DNA of 64,000 nucleotides from a virus, in the IMG/VR virus record IMGVR_UViG_3300035242_000035, positions 17,073 through 81,072 of that record; one strand, 5' to 3'. A program made the position numbers and the translations under genes. Below are positions 35,082-45,172 of the stretch, piece by piece. How positions within the stretch are numbered: position 1 is the first letter of the stretch; the number at the start of each line of letters is the position of its first letter. The notes beneath the pieces were generated by a model. That model was given only the letters and a program-made list of their open reading frames with translations. It was not told the DNA's origin and made no database searches.

Positions 35082-35462
35082 ATGGTGGAAGTCACTCGTA
35101 GCGCAACGTGGACGTGTGGGAAGTGTGGCGCGAAGACGACGACCGGCCTCTCGGCCGCGAGCCAGGACGTCGCCATGCCGGTGACGCACAGCGGGCCAGT
35201 CAGTGGCGGTTCAGGCGACGCCCACCTGTGTCCGGAGTGCGCACCGGCGCTGGCCGAGTCGCTGCGCGTAGAGGAGATGAGCGCCGCCGCGGTGGACGTG
35301 CGAGGACTTCGAGATCGCGTCGACTGCGCGGAGGCAATCTGCGAGCAGCTGCGCGACCTGCTCGAAGCGGTCGAGGCGGGCGCGCGGGACGTCACCGAGA
35401 ACCAGATGGGGCGACTCCGCACCCTCCTCAAGAATTTCCGGCCTCGGCCTCCGGGCCCATGA
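35082..35462 (+). CDS. Zn-finger hypothetical protein
   Basis: CGKC...LCPEC; GAGGAG RBS. Confidence 0.65.
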   Translation: MVEVTRSATWTCGKCGAKTTTGLSAASQDVAMPVTHSGPVSGGSGDAHLCPECAPALAESLRVEEMSAAAVDVRGLRDRVDCAEAICEQLRDLLEAVEAGARDVTENQMGRLRTLLKNFRPRPPGP

Positions 35463-35535
35463 TTACAGGCCAGGAGGCTTGAACGCGTGGCCCCGGCCAG
35501 ACGGGGCAACAACCCAAGCCAGAGAGGTAATCGCA

Positions 35536-35955
35536 ATGAACAAGACGGAACACGACGGATCCATCGGCGGTATCGGAGCACCGCGGACGTTCAGGCTGGA
35601 GCGGACCGAGGACAAGACCGGCGTCAGCGGCAACGGCCTGGTGGCGGAGGGCTGCGTTTTCTCGGACGGGACCACCGTCATCCGCTGGCGGACGCAGTAC
35701 CGCTCCACCACTGTGTACGCGTCGGCGAGGGAGGCGCAGGCCATCCACGGTCACGGCGGGGCGACGCTGATCAAGTACGACGGGTACGAGGGCGCGCTGG
35801 CGCTGGCCTGCTCGAACTGCGCGCACGCGATGGGTGACCACGTGGCGGACAACGCGGCAATCTGCATCGCCGGGGGCTGCTCGTGCTGCCTGATGGAGCA
35901 CCCGGAATTCCACGCGGTGGCCGGGCCCGAGACGCAGCGGTCCCAGGCCGCCTGA
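35536..35955 (+). CDS. Conserved phage protein (DxxGVSGxG-VAEG-FSDG-IHGH family)
   Basis: [27 protein letters not shown]...IHGHGGAT. Confidence 0.75.
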   Translation: MNKTEHDGSIGGIGAPRTFRLERTEDKTGVSGNGLVAEGCVFSDGTTVIRWRTQYRSTTVYASAREAQAIHGHGGATLIKYDGYEGALALACSNCAHAMGDHVADNAAICIAGGCSCCLMEHPEFHAVAGPETQRSQAA

Positions 35956-36010
35956 TGATGTCCGCGTGGCCCCGGCGACACGGGGCGTTCAACCCCAACA
36001 GGAGGAGAGC

Positions 36011-36310
36011 ATGAACATCAGACCACTGCAGGACCGGATCCTTGTTCGGAGGACCCCGGAGAAGACCTCATCGCCCGGGGGGATCATTATCCCCGATGTC
36101 GTGAAGGAGAAGCCGCTCGAGGGCAAGGTGGTCGCGGTGGGCAATGGCAAGGTCCTCGAGGACGGCAAGGTGCGGCCGCTGGACATCAAGGCGGGCGACA
36201 CCGTGCTCTTCAGCAAGTACGCCGGCACCGAGATCAAGATCGAGGGCGAGGACCACCTCATCCTCCGCGAGGAAGACGTCCTCGGCGTGATCGAGGGAGG
36301 TGCGGCATGA
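36011..36310 (+). CDS. groES: Co-chaperonin GroES (Cpn10)
   Basis: [52 protein letters not shown]. Confidence 0.97.
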   Translation: MNIRPLQDRILVRRTPEKTSSPGGIIIPDVVKEKPLEGKVVAVGNGKVLEDGKVRPLDIKAGDTVLFSKYAGTEIKIEGEDHLILREEDVLGVIEGGAA

Positions 36311-36837
36311 CGAACGAGCAGATCGCAAGGGTGTGCCACGAAGCCAATCGGGCCTACTGCGAGAGCATCGGCGACGCGAGCCAGAAGCCGTGGGACCAAG
36401 CCGAGGAGTGGCAGCGGAAGAGCGCGGTCGATGGCGTGGCCTTCGCCCGCGAGAACCCGAACGCGCCGGCCCGCGCCCAGCACGACTCCTGGATGGCGGA
36501 CAAACTCAGGGACGGCTGGAAGTACGGGCCGGTGAAGGACCCCGCGAAGAAGGAGCACCCGTGCCTGGTGTCCTACGGTGATCTGCCCGAGGAGCAGCGG
36601 CGCAAGGACAGGCTCTTCCAATCCTTGGTGAGGGCGCTGGCCACCGAGTCCGCCGCGAGCCCGGTTGACAAGAAGCCCATCCCCATCACCGGCGCGTGGC
36701 TGCGCCGCCAGGGCGACAAGGCCGAGATGCTCGTGGAGGTCGATGGGGAGTGGCGCCTCGTCGCCGTCGAGCCGCTCGACAGCCCGTTCAGCCACATCGC
36801 CGAGCCCTCGAACATCCTCAAGGCCCAGCGGGCGTGA
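36307..36837 (+). CDS. RyR-domain protein
   Basis: [47 protein letters not shown]. Confidence 0.88.
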   Translation: MTNEQIARVCHEANRAYCESIGDASQKPWDQAEEWQRKSAVDGVAFARENPNAPARAQHDSWMADKLRDGWKYGPVKDPAKKEHPCLVSYGDLPEEQRRKDRLFQSLVRALATESAASPVDKKPIPITGAWLRRQGDKAEMLVEVDGEWRLVAVEPLDSPFSHIAEPSNILKAQRA

Positions 36838-36878
36838 CGGTGGCGCTATAGCGGGCGACTCAGCTACCGTCGCCCGCT

Positions 36879-38912
36879 ATGGCGGACCCCACGAGCGACA
36901 CCGAGCAGCCGGACGACTTCGAGGACACCCCGAGCGGGTGGGCGTCCCGTTGGAAGGCGGAGCTGGAGACCTCCGACAAGGAGCTCCAGTCCTGGCACAA
37001 GGCCGGCGAGGAAGTGGAGAAGCGATACCGCTGCGAGGACGTGCTCCCGAAGGAGGACGAGCCAGCGCGATGGGAGCTCTTCACCGCCAACGTGGAGAAC
37101 CAGCGCCGGCAACTCTACGCCCAGGTGCCGAAGGTGACCGTCTCGCGACGCTTCATGGACGCGGACGACGACGACGCGCGGGTGGCGGCGGTCATGATGG
37201 AGCGCCTGCTCAACACCGACATCGAGCGGGCCTCCGACACCTTCGCCCAGGCGCTTGGACACGCGGTGGACGACCGGCTGCTGCCTGGGCTGGGGGCCAA
37301 GCGCGTCCGGTACGAGACCGGGCCGATCCAGGTGCTGCCGGGGAAACCGGCGATGACGAGGGTGGACCCGGCGACGGGCGCGGTGGTGGAGATCGCCCCG
37401 GCCGTGCCGGACGTTGAGACCAAGCCGCTCGAGGACGCATGCGTCGACTACGTGCACTGGCGGGATTTCCGCTGGAGCCCGTGCCGCACCTGGGAGGAGG
37501 TGCGCTGGGTCGCCTTCGGGTGCGACATGTCCAGGCGCCAGCTGGTGAAGCGGTTTGGCGAGGAGATCGGCCGCGCCGTGCCGCTGAAGAACCGCCGGCC
37601 GGGCTCGGAGGACGGGCCGACCGCCCAGCCGTGGGGCCGCGCGCGGGTGTGGGAGGTGTGGAGCAAGGAGGACGACCGGCAGGTGTTCTGGTGGGCGGAG
37701 GGCTACCCCACCATCCTGGACCGGAAGCAGGACCCGCTAGGGCTGGAGAACTTCTTCCCGTGCTGCCAGCCGCTGCTCTCGCTGGCCACCTCGAGCACGC
37801 TGGTGCCGCGGCCGCCGTACGTGCTGGCGCAGGACCTGTACCGGGAGATCAACAACCTGACCGGCCGCATCCGCGAGCTCCAGGAGAGCGTCGTCGTCCG
37901 CGGCGTCTACGACAAGGCGTTCCAGGAGCTCGGGACGTTGCTCAGCGGCGGGAAGTCGGGGGAGCTCATCCCCGTGGAGATGTGGGCGAAGTTCATGGAG
38001 CGCGGCGGCTTCGCGGGGGCGTTCCAGATGCTCCCGCTGGCCGACATGGTGGCGGCGATGGACAAGCTCCGCGACCTCCGCTCCGAGGACGTGGCGATGC
38101 TGATGCAGGTGACCGGGGACTCGGACCTGGTGCGCGGGCAGCAGTTGGAGAACGGGACGCCAGGCGAGGCGGCGGTCAAGGCGCGCTTCGCGTCCCTGCG
38201 CGGACAGAGCCTGCAGGACAAGGTGGCGGAGTTCGCCGCCGGGACGCTGCGGCTCAGGGCGGAGATCATCTCGAAGCACTTCGACGTGGCCACCATCGTG
38301 GCGCGGTCCAACATCCTGATGACCACCGACGCCCCGCGGGCAGAGCGCGCCGCCAGGCTCATCAAGGAGCGGCTGTTCTGGCTGCGCATCGAAGTGAAGC
38401 CCGAGGCCGTGGGGATGGCGGACTTCGCGGCCATCAAGAGCGAGCGCCTGGAGGTGGTGCAGGCCATCGGGGAGTTCGTCCAGGCCACGCTGCCCGTCGC
38501 CCAGACGATGCCTGGCTCGATGCCCTTCCTGCTGAAGGTTCTCCGGTGGGCGGTGGCCTCGCTCAAGGGTTCGCAGGAGATTGAGGGCGTCATCGACTCC
38601 GCGGTGGACGCCGCGACCGAGCAGGCGAAGCAGCCCCAGCAGGCGCAGGGCGGTCCTCCTCCCGACATGTCGAAACTCATGGCCGAGCAGGCCAAGCAGC
38701 GGACGGTGCAGGCGAAGTCCCAGGCCGACCTGGCGAAGGTCGACGCGGAACTCCGGGCGGACTTGGCGCGGTCGCAGGCAGACGTCCAGGCCGAGGAAGC
38801 GAAGCAACGGGCCCAGACGGTGTGGAACGCGGTGGAGGAGCGGAACAGGAAGTTGGCGGCGACGGAGGTGCCGGTGCGCCCGCCGCCCGCTGCGCCGTTC
38901 GGCGGGCTCTGA
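36879..38912 (+). CDS. Portal protein
   Basis: 677 aa after TerL; DYVHWRDF, WEEVRWVA, VWEVW, DPLGLENFFPC, Gln-rich helical tail. Confidence 0.88.
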   Translation: MADPTSDTEQPDDFEDTPSGWASRWKAELETSDKELQSWHKAGEEVEKRYRCEDVLPKEDEPARWELFTANVENQRRQLYAQVPKVTVSRRFMDADDDDARVAAVMMERLLNTDIERASDTFAQALGHAVDDRLLPGLGAKRVRYETGPIQVLPGKPAMTRVDPATGAVVEIAPAVPDVETKPLEDACVDYVHWRDFRWSPCRTWEEVRWVAFGCDMSRRQLVKRFGEEIGRAVPLKNRRPGSEDGPTAQPWGRARVWEVWSKEDDRQVFWWAEGYPTILDRKQDPLGLENFFPCCQPLLSLATSSTLVPRPPYVLAQDLYREINNLTGRIRELQESVVVRGVYDKAFQELGTLLSGGKSGELIPVEMWAKFMERGGFAGAFQMLPLADMVAAMDKLRDLRSEDVAMLMQVTGDSDLVRGQQLENGTPGEAAVKARFASLRGQSLQDKVAEFAAGTLRLRAEIISKHFDVATIVARSNILMTTDAPRAERAARLIKERLFWLRIEVKPEAVGMADFAAIKSERLEVVQAIGEFVQATLPVAQTMPGSMPFLLKVLRWAVASLKGSQEIEGVIDSAVDAATEQAKQPQQAQGGPPPDMSKLMAEQAKQRTVQAKSQADLAKVDAELRADLARSQADVQAEEAKQRAQTVWNAVEERNRKLAATEVPVRPPPAAPFGGL

Positions 38913-39015
38913 TCCACGCCGCAGCGGCTTGACGGCGCGGCGCACCCGTGGGCATCGTCGCCGGTGAAGCGCTGGCCGGCGACCTCACTCACGGCCTGGA
39001 AAGGAGAGGACGCCG

Positions 39016-39915
39016 ATGGCGACGCACGAGATTTCGGACTCGGACCTGCAGTCGTTGGTGGAGGTCCGGGACCTGGTGGAGCGGATCATCGGGAGCCGGG
39101 CTATGACTTCGGGAATGGGGTTGCCGGGCGGCGGTGACGTTGAGCGCCTGGGCGCCGCGGTCCAGAAGTTGGTCGAGTTGAAGCTGGCGATCTTGCCGAA
39201 TCCATCACCGCCCTGCGCGTCCGCTTCACCCCAGCCGATCCCGGACATCATGATCGAACGGCGCAGCAACCATCCCGTTCTGGCCCACATGACTACAGAT
39301 CGGCCCGACGAGGACTTCATCGCCTCCGTGACCGCCACTCCGGTGGCGACCTACGGGGCGATCTACGAAACCGGCCGCAACGAGTACGAGGCGTTCGGCC
39401 GCCTCCTGATGCGCAGGATTCTGCAGGTCCGCGTATGCGCTCCAGGTGCCCCGACGTGCATCCTCGACGTGACGGCCGCGCACTCGCCGACCCCGCCCCG
39501 CGCTCCTGCGAGCCGTGAATCGATGTCTCGCGTGAGCGTGCCACTCACCTGCTCGCGGTGCAGTATCTTGATCACAGACTCTCTGACAGCCGCCTTTGTC
39601 AACGATGGCCAGATCACCGGCGTGGTCTGCAACAAGTGCCAGCCGTCCTCGATGCAGGCCGCTATCGATCGACTCAACCGTGCGGCCAACGCTCCACCGC
39701 CAGACAAGCGCCCGCTCAGCGAACGGTTTCGGGTCGGGTGGAACGTCCGCTTCACCAAGGAGACCGAGTTGTTCGAGGTGGGCGACGTTGTGGAGGTCCG
39801 CGGCCACGACGACGGTCTGGTGGTTGTGCCGCGGCCGGGCTACCTGGGTTCGACGACGACGGTCGAACCGGACTGCATCGAGATGATCCCGCTGCCGGCG
39901 AAGTCGGACGAGTAG
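39016..39915 (+). CDS. Hypothetical protein (CxxC pairs, SH3-like C-terminus)
   Basis: GAAAGGAGAGG RBS; own TTGACG promoter-like site near 38929. Confidence 0.65.
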   Translation: MATHEISDSDLQSLVEVRDLVERIIGSRAMTSGMGLPGGGDVERLGAAVQKLVELKLAILPNPSPPCASASPQPIPDIMIERRSNHPVLAHMTTDRPDEDFIASVTATPVATYGAIYETGRNEYEAFGRLLMRRILQVRVCAPGAPTCILDVTAAHSPTPPRAPASRESMSRVSVPLTCSRCSILITDSLTAAFVNDGQITGVVCNKCQPSSMQAAIDRLNRAANAPPPDKRPLSERFRVGWNVRFTKETELFEVGDVVEVRGHDDGLVVVPRPGYLGSTTTVEPDCIEMIPLPAKSDE

Positions 39916-39922
39916 CTGCTCC

Positions 39923-40135
39923 GTGGAGCTCACCCTCGCCCAACTCCGAGCCATCATGCCGCGCCTGCCCGAGGCGGCGGCTGCGGAGTACCTGCCGCAC
40001 CTCGACGGGGCGATGCGGGAGTTCCAGATCTCGCACGAGCCCACCAAGATCGCCCCGCCGAGGGTCTCGCTTGCGGTTGTGCGTCCCGCCTCTTCCCCGG
40101 GGCCAGCGACTCGCAAGCCTCCGTCCGCTTCTTGA
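39923..40135 (+). pseudogene. Truncated GH19 endolysin/chitinase-like N-terminus
   Basis: LTLAQLRAIMPRL...AEYLPHLDGAMREFQI, then similarity is lost before the catalytic AQ..HES block. Confidence 0.65.
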
Positions 40136-40215
40136 CGCGCGGTTTCCATGGCCGGTACGGTTCCGCCAGCCCAACAGCGGGCCAGGCCAACCTCCACCAG
40201 AAAGGGCCGCCACCC

Positions 40216-41358
40216 ATGAAGCGCATCCTCGCCTACTCCACCCTCCTCTTCGGCCTGGCCCTCGCTCCGCCCCTTCTCGCGGCGAGCGCCAACGGCAAGA
40301 GCGGATCCATCACCGTCCTCAACGCCAACGTCTCCTCCGGTACCGCCACCACCGGCAGTTCGGTGGCCGTCGAGACCTACCTGTCCGCCGGGCAGAACAT
40401 GTACACGGGCTCGGAGGCCCGGACCAACGTGGTGGCGATCCAGGTGACCGGCACCTTCACCGCGACGCTGACCTTCCAGGCGTCCTATGACCTCGGCTCC
40501 ACCTGGGTGAGCTTCCCGGTGGTGGTGGCGCCCATCCCCACCACCAACATCACCGGGACCGGGGTGACGACCACCACCGGTACCGGCAAGTGGTACGCGA
40601 ACACGGCCGGGGCTACCAACTTCCGCGTCACCTGCACGGCCTACACGTCGGGCACCGCCACGGTGGTCCTAGAGAAGAGCACCGGCTCCCAACTCGTCAC
40701 CATCCAGGGCATGCCGACGATCACCACTGCCGGCGGGGCCGCGGACGGTGCGGCGGTGTCCGGCAACCCGACGCTCATCGCGGGCCAGGATGGCACCCTC
40801 GCCCAGTCTCTGAAGACGGACAGCACCGGGCGACTGGAGGTGATCGGCGGCGCGGCGGACGACGCGGCCATCGCCGGCAATCCTGTGCCCGTGGGCGTGA
40901 AGGCCATCGCCGACGCAGCCCAGCCCTCGGCCGTCACCGCTGGCGACGTGGCCTACGCGGTCTCCACGCTCGAGCGCATCCCCATCGTCACCACGCGGCA
41001 CCCCAACGCCTTCAACTGCCGGGTGGCTACGAGCACCGCCACGACGCTCACGGCGGTGGGCGGTTCCTGTGCGGCCCCTGGTGCGGGGCTCAGCCTCTAC
41101 ATCTCCGACATCTCGTTCGCCTCGTCGGTCGACGGGGACGTGACGACGGCCGACGCCTACATGACGATCAAGTCCGGGACCGGCGGAACCTGCGGGAGCG
41201 GCACCGCCGTCCTCTGGGGGCTGGGTAGCCTCGCCAAGACCTCGGTGGCGCAGCAGTTCCGCCAGCCCATCAAAGTCGCCGCGAACAGCGAGATCTGCTG
41301 GATTCACAGCGTCGCTGGGAGCAAGACCCTGAACGTCCAAGGGTACATCGCCCCGTGA
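40216..41358 (+). CDS. Signal-peptide-bearing beta-rich Thr/Gly/Ala protein (virion appendage or surface protein)
   Basis: MKRILAYSTLLFGLALAPPLLA; duplicated GGAAD.AA..GNP motif; ends VQGYIAP. Confidence 0.75.
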   Translation: MKRILAYSTLLFGLALAPPLLAASANGKSGSITVLNANVSSGTATTGSSVAVETYLSAGQNMYTGSEARTNVVAIQVTGTFTATLTFQASYDLGSTWVSFPVVVAPIPTTNITGTGVTTTTGTGKWYANTAGATNFRVTCTAYTSGTATVVLEKSTGSQLVTIQGMPTITTAGGAADGAAVSGNPTLIAGQDGTLAQSLKTDSTGRLEVIGGAADDAAIAGNPVPVGVKAIADAAQPSAVTAGDVAYAVSTLERIPIVTTRHPNAFNCRVATSTATTLTAVGGSCAAPGAGLSLYISDISFASSVDGDVTTADAYMTIKSGTGGTCGSGTAVLWGLGSLAKTSVAQQFRQPIKVAANSEICWIHSVAGSKTLNVQGYIAP

Positions 41359-41594
41359 TCTGCATCCTGCTGATCGCCCTGCTTGCGGCCCCACCCACCG
41401 CGAGCGAGCCCTCCTGCCCGTCGCCGCAGATATATCGGTGTGACGCCGCAGGAGTCTGCCGGTGCTTCTACCCGGCGCCAGATGGTGGGCCGGCCTGTCG
41501 GCCGTCGGACGAGACGCGGTGCCAGCCGCCGCCGCCCGAGAAGCCGAGGTGCGCCACGTGCAAGCCGGGCGTCTCCGGGGCCGCCGGTGGTTGA
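41355..41594 (+). CDS. Small Cys-rich exported protein
   Basis: Hydrophobic N-terminus; 8 Cys in mature part; GTGA coupling. Confidence 0.6.
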   Translation: MICILLIALLAAPPTASEPSCPSPQIYRCDAAGVCRCFYPAPDGGPACRPSDETRCQPPPPEKPRCATCKPGVSGAAGG

Positions 41595-41874
41595 GGAACT
41601 GCGACAGCTGGTCGCGAGCCTGGCGGGATCTCTCCGCCGGGCCGCGCAGTACGATGAGCTGACGCTGATCGGCGGCGGTGACGCGCCGTGCCGGGACCAG
41701 GACCCCACCCATTGCGCCGGACACCGTGGACGGTCGCCTACGTGCGCGCAGAACATTGCCCTGCTCGAACTCGCCGACGAGGTGCTCCGCGACAGCGCCG
41801 GACCGGCGGCAGCGTCGCTGGATGAGGCACTCGTTGCGCTGGCTGAGGCTCAAGGTGATGGCGGTGGCGCATGA
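41587..41874 (+). CDS. Hypothetical protein
   Basis: Operon packing. Confidence 0.45.
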   Translation: MVEELRQLVASLAGSLRRAAQYDELTLIGGGDAPCRDQDPTHCAGHRGRSPTCAQNIALLELADEVLRDSAGPAAASLDEALVALAEAQGDGGGA

Positions 41875-42143
41875 TCGACGACGAGAACCAAGCAGCCCAT
41901 CGTCGCATCTGGTTCGATGCCCTCCCTGACGGAGCCCGGGCGCTGTACTGCGGCACGGTGTTGTTCCGCCGCACCCACGAGCCAGCGATAGAGGTGGCGA
42001 GGTCGCCGGCGGCCGAGTGGCGCGATCTGTCCCGAGCCGAGGCGCTGGACTTGTTCGAGATGGCGCTGCACGACCACGAGCGAGGCGGCCGGCATGTCGC
42101 GCCTTCTAAGATGGACTCATCGCAGCCCGCTGGATCACGATGA
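41871..42143 (+). CDS. Hypothetical protein
   Basis: ATGA coupling. Confidence 0.55.
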   Translation: MIDDENQAAHRRIWFDALPDGARALYCGTVLFRRTHEPAIEVARSPAAEWRDLSRAEALDLFEMALHDHERGGRHVAPSKMDSSQPAGSR

Positions 42144-42796
42144 CGCTCGAAGCCGCTGCTCGCATCCTGAGGTCGATCACGTTCGGCTGGCCCCTGAAGG
42201 CATGGGGGCTCTGGCTGCAGGTCGAGCCGCGCCCCACAGACGGGATGTTGATGGCGACGATTCACGCCCAGGTTCCGCACCGAGACACGGGCGTGCCAAA
42301 CCTAAGCTTCACCCGAATCGTCCTCCAGGAGTTGGAACTGGTCTGCGCTCGCGATGACGCCGCGCTGGCAGCGTCGCTGGTCGAGCGGGTCCGCATGGCC
42401 GTCCGCAACTGGCTGACACACGAACTGGATGAGTCGTTGCTCGTGTCCGGGCGCCGGGTATTCGACCCTCACCCGGCGCCCCGCCTGCCGCCGGCGAGCG
42501 CTCAATGGCGAGGCGCGGAGGTCCGTCCGATCGATGACCACGCTCTTCGTGGGCGAGCCGAGGCTGTCGGCCGAGCGTTCGCGGCAGTGCGCCGCGCGCG
42601 CGATTGCGGTGGAGGGGGTGTCGAGTTGGTAGTCGACCGACCCGGTCCCGGCGTGTCCTGGCATTTAGAGGTCGAGCCTTGGGCCGCCGAGGCGGCAGTG
42701 GAAACGATCCTGATTCGCCGTGGAGAGGACCCGTGCGCTGCGGCCGCCCGCCTGCTCGCAGCCGAAGGACGAATTGGCCAGCCGTTCACGCGATAG
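42140..42796 (+). CDS. Hypothetical protein
   Basis: ATGA coupling; HELDE motif. Confidence 0.6.
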   Translation: MTLEAAARILRSITFGWPLKAWGLWLQVEPRPTDGMLMATIHAQVPHRDTGVPNLSFTRIVLQELELVCARDDAALAASLVERVRMAVRNWLTHELDESLLVSGRRVFDPHPAPRLPPASAQWRGAEVRPIDDHALRGRAEAVGRAFAAVRRARDCGGGGVELVVDRPGPGVSWHLEVEPWAAEAAVETILIRRGEDPCAAAARLLAAEGRIGQPFTR

Positions 42797-42815
42797 ACCT
42801 TCGGGAGGACCGAGC

Positions 42816-43379
42816 ATGCCGGATGATTTCGACCTGGACCGAGACGCGGAGGCCGCAGCTCGCGAGGCGCTCACCGAGGCCTTGGGCTCGGCGCCCTCCG
42901 CTGCGGCACAGGCGGTAGGCATCGGGTCAGGCATCGGCGCCGCGCCGGCGGTGAGCGCGACCGATGTGAGTCTTCCCAAACGCTTGGGGCAGGGGACGGC
43001 CGATCCAGAGCAGCCGCAGTCGGGGCCACGGCAGCGGGGCATCCGAAGGTGGGTCTACACCTCCGGCGGCCAGCCGCTTCCCGGGCCGGTGGAAGTCGCC
43101 GAGGACTGGGACGCCGTCGGGCGCGACGCCCCGCGCACCTCCGAGGAGGAGATCTACGGCCACCTCACGGCCACCGACGGCACCCCCTTGGACACGCGCC
43201 GTAAGCACCGGCAGTACATGGAGCGGCACGGGCTCACCATGGAGTCCGACTTTAAGGAGACCTGGGCCAAGAAGGCGAATGAACGCGAGCGCGCGTTCAC
43301 CGACAACAGGTACGACCGGGAGCGCCGGATCGAGCACCTGAAGCGCGCGGTCGACCAGGCCGGGAAGCGGCGCCGATGA
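42816..43379 (+). CDS. Head-module conserved protein
   Basis: GGAGG RBS; DGT.LDTRRKHRQYMERHGL motif of genes between portal and scaffold. Confidence 0.7.
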   Translation: MPDDFDLDRDAEAAAREALTEALGSAPSAAAQAVGIGSGIGAAPAVSATDVSLPKRLGQGTADPEQPQSGPRQRGIRRWVYTSGGQPLPGPVEVAEDWDAVGRDAPRTSEEEIYGHLTATDGTPLDTRRKHRQYMERHGLTMESDFKETWAKKANERERAFTDNRYDRERRIEHLKRAVDQAGKRRR

Positions 43380-43500
43380 CCTTGGGCGATCCCACGGTCG
43401 ATCCACCGCGGGCGTGGTGGCTGGCCACGACCCGCCGCCAGGCGGCCATCAGATTCGCCGCGCAGTACCCATCGCCGATGTAACAGCGAAAGGTGGTTCC

Positions 43501-43728
43501 ATGGCCGTGGTTCTGAGTGAAGAGCAGTGGCGGCGGTTCGACGATCTGGATCGGCGGTTGGTCCGTGCGGAGCGCTCGATTCAGCGAGGGCTGGACGAGC
43601 ATATGTACGGGATGTCGGCAGAGCGTCGCGTGGCCAATCTCAGAGCCTCGGTTCTCGGAATCCAAAACCAGGAACCGAGCATCACCGGGTTGTCTGCATG
43701 GCTGCCGCCGGCAGGCAAGACCGTGTAG
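43501..43728 (+). CDS. Hypothetical protein
   Basis: GAAAGGTGG RBS. Confidence 0.55.
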   Translation: MAVVLSEEQWRRFDDLDRRLVRAERSIQRGLDEHMYGMSAERRVANLRASVLGIQNQEPSITGLSAWLPPAGKTV

Positions 43729-43786
43729 GATTCTAGACTCAGCACACCCCAGCGCCGCACACCAGGCACTGATGAAGGAGACCACG

Positions 43787-45061
43787 ATGCCGACCGAACA
43801 GCCCGCCTCGAAGGGCCCGTCGATCAGGGAGAGCCTGTCGAAGGTGGTGGATGCCGCCGGGCCCGCGCCCGAGCCGACGCCGACCCCAGCCAGTGCGACC
43901 CCCGGCGAGCCCGCCCGCCCCGAGGGCAAGGCCGGGCCCATCGTCGAGAAGAAGCCCGTCCTGAAGCCGGTGGACCGCGGCCCAGACGGGAAGTTCCTCC
44001 GGAAGGACGACGCCGCGCCGACAGGAGAGGTGCCGCAGCCCGACGCTGCCGCCGCCGCGCCAGGCGCTCCGGCGCAGCCCGCCCAGGCCCAGGGAGCACC
44101 TGCCGACGGGAAGCCCGCCACCGAGGGAGAGGTCAAGCCGAAGTCGCGGGCCCCGGCGAGTTGGCGCGCAGGCGCCAAGGAGGCGTGGGAGAAGGTGCCC
44201 CCAGAGGCCCAGGCGGAGATCCTCCGCCGGGAGGGGGAGGTCCGCGAGGCGCTCTCCAAGGCCGCGGCGACCGAGCGTCGGGCCCAGGAGACCGATGCCG
44301 CGCTGGACGAGCTCCGCCAGGCCGCGAAGCCGTACCAGGCGCTGCTCCAGGCCGAGGGCGGAAGCCTGGCCAAGGCGTTCGGTGGCTACCTCGGGACGGT
44401 CCACGCGCTCACCAATGGTACCCCGGCGACCCGCGCGGCCATCGGGGCGGATATGATCCACCGATTCGGCATCAACGTGGAGCTGCTCGCCGATGCCCTG
44501 GAGGGGAAGGCGGCCCAACCCTCCCAGACGCAACCGCAGCCCGCGCCCGCCGGCCAGCAGGCGCCCAACCCAGCGGACTTCCGCGACCCTCGGGTGGACG
44601 AGATACTGGCCCACGCCCAGCAGAACCGACGCTCCCAGGTCGAGCAGTTGGCGGCGACTCAGGCCGCCGAGTGGAGTGCGTTCGAGAGCGACCCACAGAA
44701 CGAGTTCCTCGAGCAGATCGAGCCGGGGCAGGGCGCGGCACCGGGCTCCGTGCGCTGGTACATGGCGGAGCTCATCGAGATGCACGATCGGGAGAATGCG
44801 GCCCGGGTGCGCCGCCGGCAGCCCCCCCTTGCGCTGTCCATGAAGGACATCTACTCTCGCGCCTGCCTGCTCAACCCGGAGGTCCGGGAGGCGCTCAGGC
44901 AGCGGGAGGAAGCCCAGCGAGCCGTGACCGCGAACGCGGCCACACGACAAGCCCAGGCAGCTTCCTCGTCCGTGCGGACAGAGCCGACCAGCAGCCCCGC
45001 GCCGAAGCCGCAGGGCCTGAGGGCGCAGCTCCTGGCCGCCGCGAGCGCCCACGGCCTCTGA
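43787..45061 (+). CDS. Capsid scaffolding protein
   Basis: RGPDGKF, APASW....KEAW, helical, Y.RAC..NPEVR; directly upstream of MCP. Confidence 0.8.
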   Translation: MPTEQPASKGPSIRESLSKVVDAAGPAPEPTPTPASATPGEPARPEGKAGPIVEKKPVLKPVDRGPDGKFLRKDDAAPTGEVPQPDAAAAAPGAPAQPAQAQGAPADGKPATEGEVKPKSRAPASWRAGAKEAWEKVPPEAQAEILRREGEVREALSKAAATERRAQETDAALDELRQAAKPYQALLQAEGGSLAKAFGGYLGTVHALTNGTPATRAAIGADMIHRFGINVELLADALEGKAAQPSQTQPQPAPAGQQAPNPADFRDPRVDEILAHAQQNRRSQVEQLAATQAAEWSAFESDPQNEFLEQIEPGQGAAPGSVRWYMAELIEMHDRENAARVRRRQPPLALSMKDIYSRACLLNPEVREALRQREEAQRAVTANAATRQAQAASSSVRTEPTSSPAPKPQGLRAQLLAAASAHGL

Positions 45062-45172
45062 GCGTCGAGCGGACCCGGTGTAGGGCCGGGAGCGGCGAAC
45101 GGCCATCCTCGGTCGTCCACGCGCTGAAAGCCCCAGCGCAGTGGACCCACGACCGAGAAGGAGCCGACGCCG

